Shown one piece after another: positions 28,313 through 36,806 of a DNA stretch of 64,000 nucleotides (its first letter is position 1; each line of letters begins with the position of its first letter). The DNA is taken from positions 1 to 64,000 of the IMG/VR virus record IMGVR_UViG_3300045988_142085. One strand, 5' to 3'. This stretch comes from a virus. Below the pieces are notes generated by a model that saw only the letters and a program-made list of their open reading frames with translations, had not been told where the DNA came from and ran no database searches. The translations under genes and the position numbers were made by a program.

Positions 28313-29575
28313 CTAAGAAACCCTTATTCTTTTAGGCGTGTCCAGTTCGCCTCTACTGCATAAGATTGTTAAATCTACAGCGCTACTTTTGCGAAGAATA
28401 TTTAATGCTCCATTACAATCTGCATTAAAAAGATAACCATCTTTAGTTTTATATAAACCTCTTTTAACGCGTTTACCACTAAAATCATAAGTTTGTGGAT
28501 TATCCATATTATAAACAGGCAATTCATCATTATCAAAAAAACTAGCTTTAGACGTATAAGATTCTTCTTGTAAGATATAATTAATATTATATCGTTTACA
28601 TAAATATTCTAATTTTTCTCTTATTTTACCGAATGGCAACTGAGTAAAAATTTGATTAGTTTTTTTACCTAAGTTAGTTTTATTTTGAAATGATTGATTG
28701 TAACCAATTACTAAAGTACCAATATCATTAATTAAACAATAGTTAATAATATAACGACATGCTTTATTGATATAATCATCAACTCTATTTTTTCTCTTAC
28801 GAGAAATTAAATATTGTTGTTTTGTATGTCGTCTAATATTTTGTTTATCTTTGATAGATTGTAATTTTGCATTTTGCTTATTAAAGAATTGATTAATAGA
28901 CTTTAATTTTCTTCCATCAATGATAAAAGATTTACCTGTACTAGTAACACAAGTACATAGATTATTTACGCCTAAATCAATAGCCAGTGCATTGTTAGTA
29001 TTTAATTGTATATCTTCTTCTTGAATTTCGTAAGTATACTGAATCTCGAAGAACCTAGCATTAAATTTAGGAATAATTTGAATTTCTTTTATCTTCTTAT
29101 CTTCTAATACTTTAGGAATTTTAATTTGAATTTTAGTTTCATATTTTTTCTTAAAAGTATTAGAATATGGAATTGTTAAAACATTGTCTTTTCTAAGCCT
29201 AATTTGACCAATTATTAAATTTGAATAACTATTTTTAGGTAAATATTTTGGCATTCTAATATGTTTAAAGCTATATTTACCTTGCTTAGCTAATTTAATT
29301 AGAGTAAAAAATGATTTGAACATTGCGTCAACGTCTTTAAGGGTTTGTTGGGCCATATTGGAATTTAACAATTTATAATTATCAGAATTCTTTAATTCGT
29401 GATAATTAGATTCATATCTTAAATATTGCTTTTCTTGCAAATAATGTTGTCGAACATTATATATTGCTTGATTAGTTAAATTCTTAGCTATTCTACACAA
29501 CTCTCTTAAAACATTATATTCTTCTTTAGTTAAGTGTTTTACTTGTTGCTTTATCGTTAGATACATTATGATCAC
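28313..29575 (-). CDS. tnpB: TnpB (OrfB) RNA-guided endonuclease of the IS200/IS605 family
   Basis: RuvC-I AIDLGVNN, RuvC-II QEESYTSK, RuvC-III NADCNGALNILRK; N-terminal OrfB_IS605 helical region; 420 aa with no frameshift. Confidence 0.85.
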   Translation of the reverse strand: MIIMYLTIKQQVKHLTKEEYNVLRELCRIAKNLTNQAIYNVRQHYLQEKQYLRYESNYHELKNSDNYKLLNSNMAQQTLKDVDAMFKSFFTLIKLAKQGKYSFKHIRMPKYLPKNSYSNLIIGQIRLRKDNVLTIPYSNTFKKKYETKIQIKIPKVLEDKKIKEIQIIPKFNARFFEIQYTYEIQEEDIQLNTNNALAIDLGVNNLCTCVTSTGKSFIIDGRKLKSINQFFNKQNAKLQSIKDKQNIRRHTKQQYLISRKRKNRVDDYINKACRYIINYCLINDIGTLVIGYNQSFQNKTNLGKKTNQIFTQLPFGKIREKLEYLCKRYNINYILQEESYTSKASFFDNDELPVYNMDNPQTYDFSGKRVKRGLYKTKDGYLFNADCNGALNILRKSSAVDLTILCSRGELDTPKRIRVS

Positions 29576-29689
29576 CTCGCTTTCTAATATTATATTACAA
29601 GCTAATCATAACATATATTTACTGAAAAAGCAACTTTTTAGTAAAATTTTTACAGGACATTTTAGAACCATATTTCTAAAATCAATTAG

Positions 29690-30105
29690 AGGTCTCGTTC
29701 AGCCAAAGACGCTACTCTTTGACCGGCACCATTACATGCACCTTTAGCTTTCACTAAAGCACAGACTATATCTTATCCATATTATATTTTCATATAACTT
29801 AGGCGACACCACTTCCCCGGGCTTCCGGGTACGACCCTCACGAGGTCTAGTCGTTGAACCTTTCCTTAACAAAATATTAAGGCTTGGCTGCTGATCGTCC
29901 ATTATTACAAGACTTAGGGTTTAACCTTATCTCATCTCAGAAATTTATTTCTACTTTCGTAACTCGTGCAGCTAAGCCGCACAAGTATTCTGAGCTTTAG
30001 AAGTTTCCAGCAATTCAGTGTCTTTGTCGGACGGGTAAGAACCGTCACTACCTACTAGTTTCCCAATAGGCTTACTATTTTGTTAAAATATATCTTATGA
30101 TTAAA
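29690..30105 (-). ncRNA. group I intron catalytic core (the 5' module of the IStron)
   Basis: Minus strand carries P GAAUUGCUGGAAAC, Q GAUCAGCAGCC, R GGUUCAACGACUAGACC (close to the canonical GUUCACAGACUAAAUG), S AAGAUAUAGUCUGUGC (canonical AAGAUAUAGUC), and a P2 hairpin GACGG-UUCUUAC-CCGUC. Confidence 0.6.
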
Positions 30106-30115
30106 ATCACAAGTG

Positions 30116-30814
30116 TTATTTTGACATCTTAATAACTATATCATTAGTCCATATACTTCTATCGTAATAACCATCACAGTAAAAATCAATAAAAGATGAT
30201 GGCTTAACATTATCTTTTATCTTTTTAAGGTTTTTAAATAATACGATATCATAATCTGTATTGACCCAAAATTCTACAGATCGTGGTATTTTGTTTTTTA
30301 CAAAACTATATGGATTAAATTTAATATTTTCATAATCACAAAAATCTAAAATGATATTAGATAGATCGCTAATGAATCCTTCTTTAATATCACCACAAAT
30401 ATTCATGATTTCAGAATATATCTCCCAGATTACGGAACGATAAAAAATAAAACGATGTAATGAATTTTCACCTAAGAAATTAGAATATAATCTAATTTGA
30501 TTACCAAATTCTTTTTTAATAGATTCATTGTTAAATTGAACGAGATATCCCATTAACACTTCTTCAAATCGTTCATGATTATTTCTATCTTCATGTGTAA
30601 AATCTACTTCTTCTAAATATTGATATAGCATTATATTTTCATATTCAGTTTCGAATACATCGAGACGTTTGCAAATTCTATCGATAATGAAAAATCGTGT
30701 AAGAATTTGTGAATAGAAGCTAATTCCTCTTTTGCAGAAGTAATATTCTTTAATTTTTAAATCTGGAAAATATTTTGAGAACAGTGAATTAAACTGTTTT
30801 ATTGACTCTTTCAT
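30116..30814 (-). CDS. hypothetical protein; overlaps the 3' end of the polymerase ORF by 26 nt in another frame
   Basis: 232-aa ORF whose stop lies about 20 nt before the intron module. Confidence 0.45.
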   Translation of the reverse strand: MKESIKQFNSLFSKYFPDLKIKEYYFCKRGISFYSQILTRFFIIDRICKRLDVFETEYENIMLYQYLEEVDFTHEDRNNHERFEEVLMGYLVQFNNESIKKEFGNQIRLYSNFLGENSLHRFIFYRSVIWEIYSEIMNICGDIKEGFISDLSNIILDFCDYENIKFNPYSFVKNKIPRSVEFWVNTDYDIVLFKNLKKIKDNVKPSSFIDFYCDGYYDRSIWTNDIVIKMSK

Positions 30815-32261
30815 AGTATTTTAAATACTCCCCGTTCTTATCAAAATATTCTAAACGTTTGTTAATGCCGCAAAAATCATAATAACAATTAACACAGTCT
30901 ACATTATTTAAACATAACATATCTTCATAGACACCCATCGCTAATAATTTTACAGCTGTTTTTTCTGGTAGAGATTTTAATTTAATTAAAATATCTTTCT
31001 TAGTAATCGATTTTATTTTTTGATATGTTTCTTTATCGACTAAAATATCGAAACCGAATACAAGTTCATCGTCGACAAAAACACTATTATAATTACTAGT
31101 ATTTTTAATTTCTTTCCAGCGACGATCAGGCTCCGCCTTGTTTTCTTTTTGTTCTTCGACTTTAAAGAATTCATCTTTAAAGTAATATCGCAAATAAGCA
31201 CCGATATAAATCATATAAGCATAAGCTATACCATGACTTTTATTATAGCTATAACTAGTCGTATCAAGATATATATCGACAAGTTCTTTAATGTTATTGT
31301 CTTTAGCGATCTTCTCGACATCTTTAAGATACTTATGGTCTTTATCTTTCATTAAACGATATGCACTTTCTCCAGTTACATATTGTTCCATGATCTGAAT
31401 AAATTGTTCTTGGTATACGACTATTCCGTATGTTTTTGCAGTATAGTCATATAAACTAGTCTTCAAAAACTTTTTTTGGCCGTTTTTTCTTTTTATATAT
31501 GTATCTTTATGTTTAGATCGAATAATCGCTAGACTATCGCTAAGCTCTTCGATACTACAAGGCTTAACTTGCTTAATACAAGCAGAGCTATAATCAGTGT
31601 CGATTTGAAATAACCCCTTAGCAGATTGCCATATCGACTTCCACACATCGACATCATTAAAATTAACAACGACGTTATGTTCATCGATAATATTCTGATA
31701 TTTTCCGACAATAGAAGAACTCAATATGTCATATTTAGGAATGCTCTCAGATTGCAAAATTGCCATCTCTCCGCTCACTTCTTCAGGCTCGTATATATTA
31801 TACCTATCGATACAATAACTCACCGGATTAAGGCGTTTTTTACCGTTTTTATCGATAGTATATACTCGCCAGATATGACCTTTATATTTACGATATAAAT
31901 AACTAATTAATTCTTCTCTTCGACTAGCATCGACATCTAGATCGATATCAGGCTTATGGCCACCAATAAATCGAGTAAAGCTTAATCCATATTTAATCGG
32001 ATCCACTTTCGTGATCTCTAATAGCCAAACAACGAGACTCCCGACGCTACTGCCTCTACCATAGCCAGTAGCGATCTTTTTATCTCGACAAAATTTACAA
32101 TAGTCGAATACTATTAACAAGTATTCTTCCATGTTTAATTTAAATAATGTATTTAATTCGTCCTGCAAACGATCGACATATTCACCAGATAACTCTAGTT
32201 TATTTAAACGATCCCAGCAGTAATCCGAAATGAATTTTTGAATATCGTTCATACAGGCCAC
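30789..32261 (-). CDS. dnaE: DnaE-type (Pol III alpha, C-family) DNA polymerase catalytic core: palm, thumb and fingers only, with no N-terminal PHP domain and no C-terminal OB/tau-binding region
   Basis: YLLIVFDYCKFCRDKKIATGYGRGSSVGSLVVWLLEITKVDPIKYGL (compare E. coli [22 protein letters not shown]); catalytic HKPDIDLDVD (compare PDFDVDF); VVYQEQFIQIMEQ (YQEQVMQIA); SYNKSHGIAYAYMIYIGAYLRYYF ([24 protein letters not shown]). Real start is probably MNDIQKF. Confidence 0.75.
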   Translation of the reverse strand: MACMNDIQKFISDYCWDRLNKLELSGEYVDRLQDELNTLFKLNMEEYLLIVFDYCKFCRDKKIATGYGRGSSVGSLVVWLLEITKVDPIKYGLSFTRFIGGHKPDIDLDVDASRREELISYLYRKYKGHIWRVYTIDKNGKKRLNPVSYCIDRYNIYEPEEVSGEMAILQSESIPKYDILSSSIVGKYQNIIDEHNVVVNFNDVDVWKSIWQSAKGLFQIDTDYSSACIKQVKPCSIEELSDSLAIIRSKHKDTYIKRKNGQKKFLKTSLYDYTAKTYGIVVYQEQFIQIMEQYVTGESAYRLMKDKDHKYLKDVEKIAKDNNIKELVDIYLDTTSYSYNKSHGIAYAYMIYIGAYLRYYFKDEFFKVEEQKENKAEPDRRWKEIKNTSNYNSVFVDDELVFGFDILVDKETYQKIKSITKKDILIKLKSLPEKTAVKLLAMGVYEDMLCLNNVDCVNCYYDFCGINKRLEYFDKNGEYLKYYERVNKTV

Positions 32262-32271
32262 CTTTCTTTCC

Positions 32272-32302
32272 TAACAAAAAAGAGCTCCAAAAAGGAGCTC
32301 TT
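32272..32302 (-). terminator. intrinsic terminator separating the primase operon from the polymerase gene
   Basis: Minus strand AGAGCTCC-TTTTT-GGAGCTCT followed by TTTTTGTTAGG. Confidence 0.6.
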
Positions 32303-32598
32303 CATCACATATAAATGTGCGTAAATACTTATATCTAATGATTAGGATAACTTAGAACTTACATTATATACATGATATTGAATTTGACCGAGAATCTCGA
32401 ACATCTCTCTTGACGTATTAATGTTACTTGTCGTAACAAAAATATCGTTATTATCGGTAACTTCGATTGTAAATTTTTTATTTGTATTTTCTTTTTTAGA
32501 TCGTTTTTTCATAATAGACACCTGCTAACACTAACAGCTAACATTAGCCGTTAATGTTAGCATTTAATTCTATATGTATATTTTAACATATTTTTTGT

Positions 32599-32805
32599 TT
32601 ACCAGCAATCCGGACAAACAATTTTTTTAGTGTCTAAATCGTATACAGCGCAATCGTCGCAAATTACTTTGCCACACTTACTGCACACCATTTTATATTC
32701 TTCTTCGCATGGCTGACCACATTGTTCACATCGGAAATACCCTTCAGGAACTGGAGGTTGATCCGACGTTAATTTGTGCCACCATGCTTTAATTTTTTTA
32801 ATCAT
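32599..32805 (-). CDS. small C4 zinc-ribbon protein
   Basis: CEQCGQPC...CSKCGKVICDDC...CPDCW; 68 aa; its start overlaps the primase stop. Confidence 0.45.
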   Translation of the reverse strand: MIKKIKAWWHKLTSDQPPVPEGYFRCEQCGQPCEEEYKMVCSKCGKVICDDCAVYDLDTKKIVCPDCW

Positions 32806-33947
32806 AGGCCATACCTTTTAAGCTCTTTCTCGAGAATTATTTTAGCAGCAGAATCTTCTTCGACACTCTTTATTGCTATACTCAGTTGATCTTTATATTT
32901 ATTAAGAACACGTTGACGATTGTCTTCGTATTCATTACTAAAATCTTTAAGCACGTGTCGATAATATGGAACTTGTCTACCTTTAACAATACTAGGCAGT
33001 TCATATTTATATTTATTTGCCATATCGGCCAAATCTAAATCTTTGTCGAGCCATACAATATCGGGATACAGATCATATTTGCCGAACATTTCGATAGCTT
33101 GATCGACATCTTTTTCGCCATGCCAATCACGATCATATACGATAACGGGCTTCAGCCCTGTCGATTCGATTAGATTAACATGTTTATCGTCTAATATGGT
33201 TCCCATCGTGCAAACGCAATTTTGAAGACCATATTTGGTTGCCAAAATAACGTCGAAACAGCCTTCTGTTAAATAAATATAATCGAGACTATAATTAATT
33301 TTATTTAAACCATATAAATAACGACTCTTAGTAAAGAATTTGTTCTTATTATCGACAAAATATTTATTAGCAACTTCATCGTCGATAGCTCTTTTACAGA
33401 AGCTAACTAAATGATTATATGCATCATATAACGGAATAGTGATACGACCTCTAACGTCGTAACCTAAACCCCATTCACGAACATCGCTACCAACTAATCC
33501 ACGGCTTAAAATATACTTCTGAGCTTTTTCGCTTTGCTTAAGATCTTCGATATACCTTTGATTTTCCTTTTCATTCGATTCAAGATAAGCAGTTTCTTCA
33601 TTCTGAGGTTTTAATCCAGTAATTTGAATTGCTTTCTCGATGGCATCTTGGAAGCTTGCTTTTTTGTCGCCATGGTTCATCATCCACCAGATAAATGCTA
33701 TAGCATTACTGCCGAATAATCTTTTTTCGGTGTTTTGTTTACCGACATGACAACCAAAGCAAGCCCAAGTTTGAGCGCCATGTTTATTCCAAATTTTAAA
33801 ACTCGGAGTTTTATCGTTATGATCTGGATGAGGACAAGAAGCTTGCCATAAATTACCAACTTTTTGAACTTTGGTATATTGACTGGCAAGCTTAACAATG
33901 TCTATTTTTTCATTTAATCTTCGGATAAACTCTGTAGTATATTTCAT
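32802..33947 (-). CDS. DnaG-type DNA primase (CHC2 zinc finger plus TOPRIM)
   Basis: Zinc finger SCPHPDHNDKTPSFKI...CFGCHVGK; TOPRIM YLTEGCFDVILATKYG...VIVYDRDWHGEKD. Confidence 0.8.
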   Translation of the reverse strand: MKYTTEFIRRLNEKIDIVKLASQYTKVQKVGNLWQASCPHPDHNDKTPSFKIWNKHGAQTWACFGCHVGKQNTEKRLFGSNAIAFIWWMMNHGDKKASFQDAIEKAIQITGLKPQNEETAYLESNEKENQRYIEDLKQSEKAQKYILSRGLVGSDVREWGLGYDVRGRITIPLYDAYNHLVSFCKRAIDDEVANKYFVDNKNKFFTKSRYLYGLNKINYSLDYIYLTEGCFDVILATKYGLQNCVCTMGTILDDKHVNLIESTGLKPVIVYDRDWHGEKDVDQAIEMFGKYDLYPDIVWLDKDLDLADMANKYKYELPSIVKGRQVPYYRHVLKDFSNEYEDNRQRVLNKYKDQLSIAIKSVEEDSAAKIILEKELKRYGL

Positions 33948-33962
33948 TATTTATCCTTAAAT

Positions 33963-34538
33963 TTATTTAACATAGAAAGCATCATCACGATCTTCATATC
34001 GAACATTAGTTAATTCTTTACCGTTAAGTAATACTTTACCGTCGACAAATTCAAGATCTTTTTTAAGATTAGACCAAGAGAATTTAGTAACAGTTTTAAA
34101 GTATTTTTCATCGTCAATACCTTTAACTTCTTTTTCGAGTTCGACATCATCGTGATCGATAAGTTTTTCTTGTTTACGATAGCCTGCAGTACCCTCGATA
34201 AATTTAACAGACTTTTTACCGGTTTGTTCAAGACTAGATTGAATGTACGGTTCTAACATTTGTTGTAACCGTTCAATTTCAAAATCGTAAGAACTGCATT
34301 TGCTATCGACAAACATTTTAACTTTATCTTTATAAAGTTTTAACATTCTTTCGGCTTCAGCAATGTCGTGTTCTTTTTGTTCTTGAAGCTCTTTAATGCG
34401 ACGAATCGTATAGTTTGCTTCATTGATAGTGCTGACAACAGCTAAATTTCGATTTTCCTCGTCGATGAAATTCTGAAGCTCTTCGGTAAAACCGAGTTCA
34501 GAATTCTTTTCATCTTCGATAAGATTTAATCCTAACAT
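33963..34538 (-). CDS. hypothetical protein; a Mu Gam-like protein is possible
   Basis: 191-aa coiled-coil-rich ORF between the primase and helicase genes. Confidence 0.35.
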   Translation of the reverse strand: MLGLNLIEDEKNSELGFTEELQNFIDEENRNLAVVSTINEANYTIRRIKELQEQKEHDIAEAERMLKLYKDKVKMFVDSKCSSYDFEIERLQQMLEPYIQSSLEQTGKKSVKFIEGTAGYRKQEKLIDHDDVELEKEVKGIDDEKYFKTVTKFSWSNLKKDLEFVDGKVLLNGKELTNVRYEDRDDAFYVK

Positions 34539-34539
34539 A

Positions 34540-34772
34540 CTAATTATCCTTTCTTATAATACGAGAATGATATCCTTCTTTTTTATTCACAATCTTTAAT
34601 GCGATTTCATCGTAGCTGTCAGTCGCTATTAACTGATATACGAATACTGTATCGTGATTGCTGCTTGCGCGTTCAATTCGTCCATGACGCTGAGTCTGGA
34701 TCAAATAACTATCGGCTGGTTCCATCTCGATGAGGTACTTAGCCGATTGGCAATTCATCATTCTTGTGTTAA
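34540..34772 (-). CDS. SNF2-family helicase, exon 2 (motif VI)
   Basis: ...NTRMMNCQSAKYLIEMEPADSYLIQTQRHGRIERASSNHDTVFVYQLIATDSYDE (QxxGRxxR motif VI). In frame with exon 1 once the 263-nt intron is removed. Confidence 0.65.
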
Positions 34773-35035
34773 CTTACTATTTCTAGTAAGATCGGACTCT
34801 ATCTTTAATTTTTTATTTAAAAATTATTTCCTGTTCAATGTATACATTGTTTACTTATATCTTATTAAGATACTTTCAATAGTCTCTGAACCTTTATCTT
34901 TGTCACCAAAGATACTTGGCTGCGGATTGTCCAATCTTAATCTTTTTTACTGTATCAAGATAATTACTCTTGCCCCATATTATATCACTATATATGGTTA
35001 GTAGATTAAGCTCTAAGGAGATCCCCGTCAATTTA
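34773..35035 (-). ncRNA. group I intron (ORF-less, about 263 nt) in the helicase gene
   Basis: Minus strand carries R GGUUCAGAGACUAUUG (34892..34877), S AAAGAUAGAGUCCGAUC (34802..34786) and a P9 hairpin CUUACUAGAAAUAGUAAG ending in G. The 5' exon ends ...GCCCUCU (U). Splicing joins ...EQTHAL to FNTRMMNCQSAKYLIEMEP. Confidence 0.6.
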
Positions 35036-36321
35036 GGAAATTTAAAGAGGGCATGAGTTTGTTCACCCTCTGCGCCAGCGTTAGAAGCAATTAGGACATT
35101 ACATTCTTGTGTATTATTAAATTTTTGTAATTGATTATATCGTTCTTCACTTGAGTGAGAGCCATTAATAAAGGCGATTTGAATTCCTTTAAAACGATTT
35201 TCTAAATACGTTTTAAGAATTCCTTGTGCTGTTCTATACTTACAGAACACAACAACTTTTTCACCTTCACTTAAAATACTCTCGACTAAGTCTAAGAACA
35301 ATTCAATCTTTTCAGATTTTTCGCCAGTCACATATTCTTGTGCCGCTTTACTATCGCTTAGTAATAATAACTCATCACTAATAGTAAGCTCTTGAGCAAA
35401 TGTTTGTTTCATTAAGATCATATTATCGATCTTATTAAATTCTTCATTCTTTCTAGCTTCTTCGATCGAATTAAACCGTTCAAGCATAACTTCTTGTTGT
35501 GCTTTAAGATCTTTGATTTCTTCGAGGAGCTTATCACTCATAGCTTGTACTTTTCTACCTAAAGAGCAAAATTTTTGAGCGACGACAAGTTTAGGTAAAT
35601 GACTGCTTACTTCTTCTTTCGTTCGGATAATTAAATTATGTTTAATTTTATCGGTTAATTCTCGTTCATTACGAGAACCGATAATATATCCGAGACTATT
35701 CTTTTTGACATATTGTTTATCGAATTTATTTATATTAGTAAACAAATCTTTTTTGATAAATCTATATATGCCAAATATATCTCGAGGATTTTTTTGAATC
35801 GGAGTTGCTGTTGCTCCGAAAGTATACTTTATATTATTAAATTTATATAGGCTTTTACTTCGTTTGGCTTGATAGCTTTTTACATATTGTACTTCGTCGG
35901 CAAAAATATATTCTAATTTCATTGCCAACAAACGTTCTCGAACTTTTTCGTCGTTAAGCGTTTCATAGTTACAAATAAGTAAATCGCCAACAAACTGATT
36001 ATCGAAGTTTTTCTTAGCCTTTGCTGAAGTTTCTAAAATGCTCGGAATCAGATCACTAAACTTCTGAACTTCATGGAACCATTGAACTTTTAAACTACTT
36101 TTAACTACGATTAATCCTGGACCTTTTATTTTCTTACGGTCTAAAAGTTCTAGATAAAGATCGATCGCTATTAAAGTTTTGCCAGCCCCGCAGCTTGCGA
36201 CGATTAAGCTACCTTCATCAATATCGAGAAGTTCTTTTACGGCTGTCTTTTGATAATTATAGAGTTCATATTTACATTTACCGATACCTTCGATGCTAAA
36301 ATTCGGACAATATAATAGCAA
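35036..36321 (-). CDS. SNF2-family helicase, exon 1 (motifs I to V)
   Basis: Walker A SCGAGKTLIAID; DEVQ box FADEVQY; SNF2 signature FGATATPIQKNPRDIFGIYRFI; motif V IASNAGAEG. The track ORF 34903..36321 continues about 40 codons into the intron. Confidence 0.75.
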
Positions 36322-36551
36322 TCGATGGATATCGTTAACTTTCCATTTACCTTGTTCGACGAAGTTGGATGTCTTTCCGAGCCCATAAAGAATTTTATTT
36401 AAATCTTCTTTATTTAAATTTTGAGGAACGACAACATTATTTAATTTGTCAATTATCAGATTATCACCACCTTTAATAATATATAATACTATTATACACT
36501 ATTTAGATCTTAATCTTCAATTGATTTATCGAAATTTCAATACCGGCAACA

Positions 36552-36806
36552 TTAAGCTTTATACCGTCTTCTTGATGTTTCCGGTATGTATACTTTTTCC
36601 AGGGCTTTTTCAAGCTTTTGTAATTTTTCCATGTTTTGTTTGATGCATTCATGATCTGTATGTACCTTCAACAATCTTTTAATGCCGCCAATATATGACA
36701 TAATGTCAAGAATTTGTTGCCGAGTTGTATAATACTGATTTTTCAACATAGTTTCTTCCTCAGCAATAAATTGACTTATTTCATAGTTGATATCTCTTGT
36801 TAACAT
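36552..36806 (-). CDS. hypothetical protein
   Basis: 84-aa ORF overlapping the Pnkp start. Confidence 0.35.
   Translation of the reverse strand: MLTRDINYEISQFIAEEETMLKNQYYTTRQQILDIMSYIGGIKRLLKVHTDHECIKQNMEKLQKLEKALEKVYIPETSRRRYKA

Larger units (their letters stand above)
28286..30115 (-). mobile_element. IStron-like chimeric element: a group I intron 5' module fused to an IS200/IS605-family tnpB
   Basis: A complete group I core (P, Q, R, S; see 29690..30105) lies immediately upstream of an intact tnpB on the same strand, between two co-oriented phage ORFs. There is no tnpA. The layout matches CdISt1/BcISt1-type IStrons. Boundaries approximate. Confidence 0.5.

Noticed and set aside
28286-30115. 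The IStron core as a plus-strand group I intron (the GACUAU...UAGUC motif is visible on both strands because P7 is self-complementary)
   Set aside because: Only the minus strand gives the canonical R (GUUCAACGACUAGACC) and S (AAGAUAUAGUC) contexts plus the P and Q elements in the correct 5' to 3' order. All flanking genes are also on the minus strand.
30789-30814. Programmed +1 or -1 ribosomal frameshift joining the DnaE-like ORF to the 232-aa ORF
   Set aside because: The 26-nt overlap has no obvious slippery heptamer or pseudoknot, and the downstream ORF shows no polymerase motifs. It is mentioned in a finding but not annotated as a fusion.
34903-35035. C-terminal 40 residues of the 472-aa helicase ORF (ISLELNLLTIYSDIIWGKSNYLDTVKKIKIGQSAAKYLW) as genuine protein sequence
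   Set aside because: This stretch is read-through into the group I intron, containing the P1-P2 region and the R element. Helicase motif VI is supplied by the downstream exon instead.
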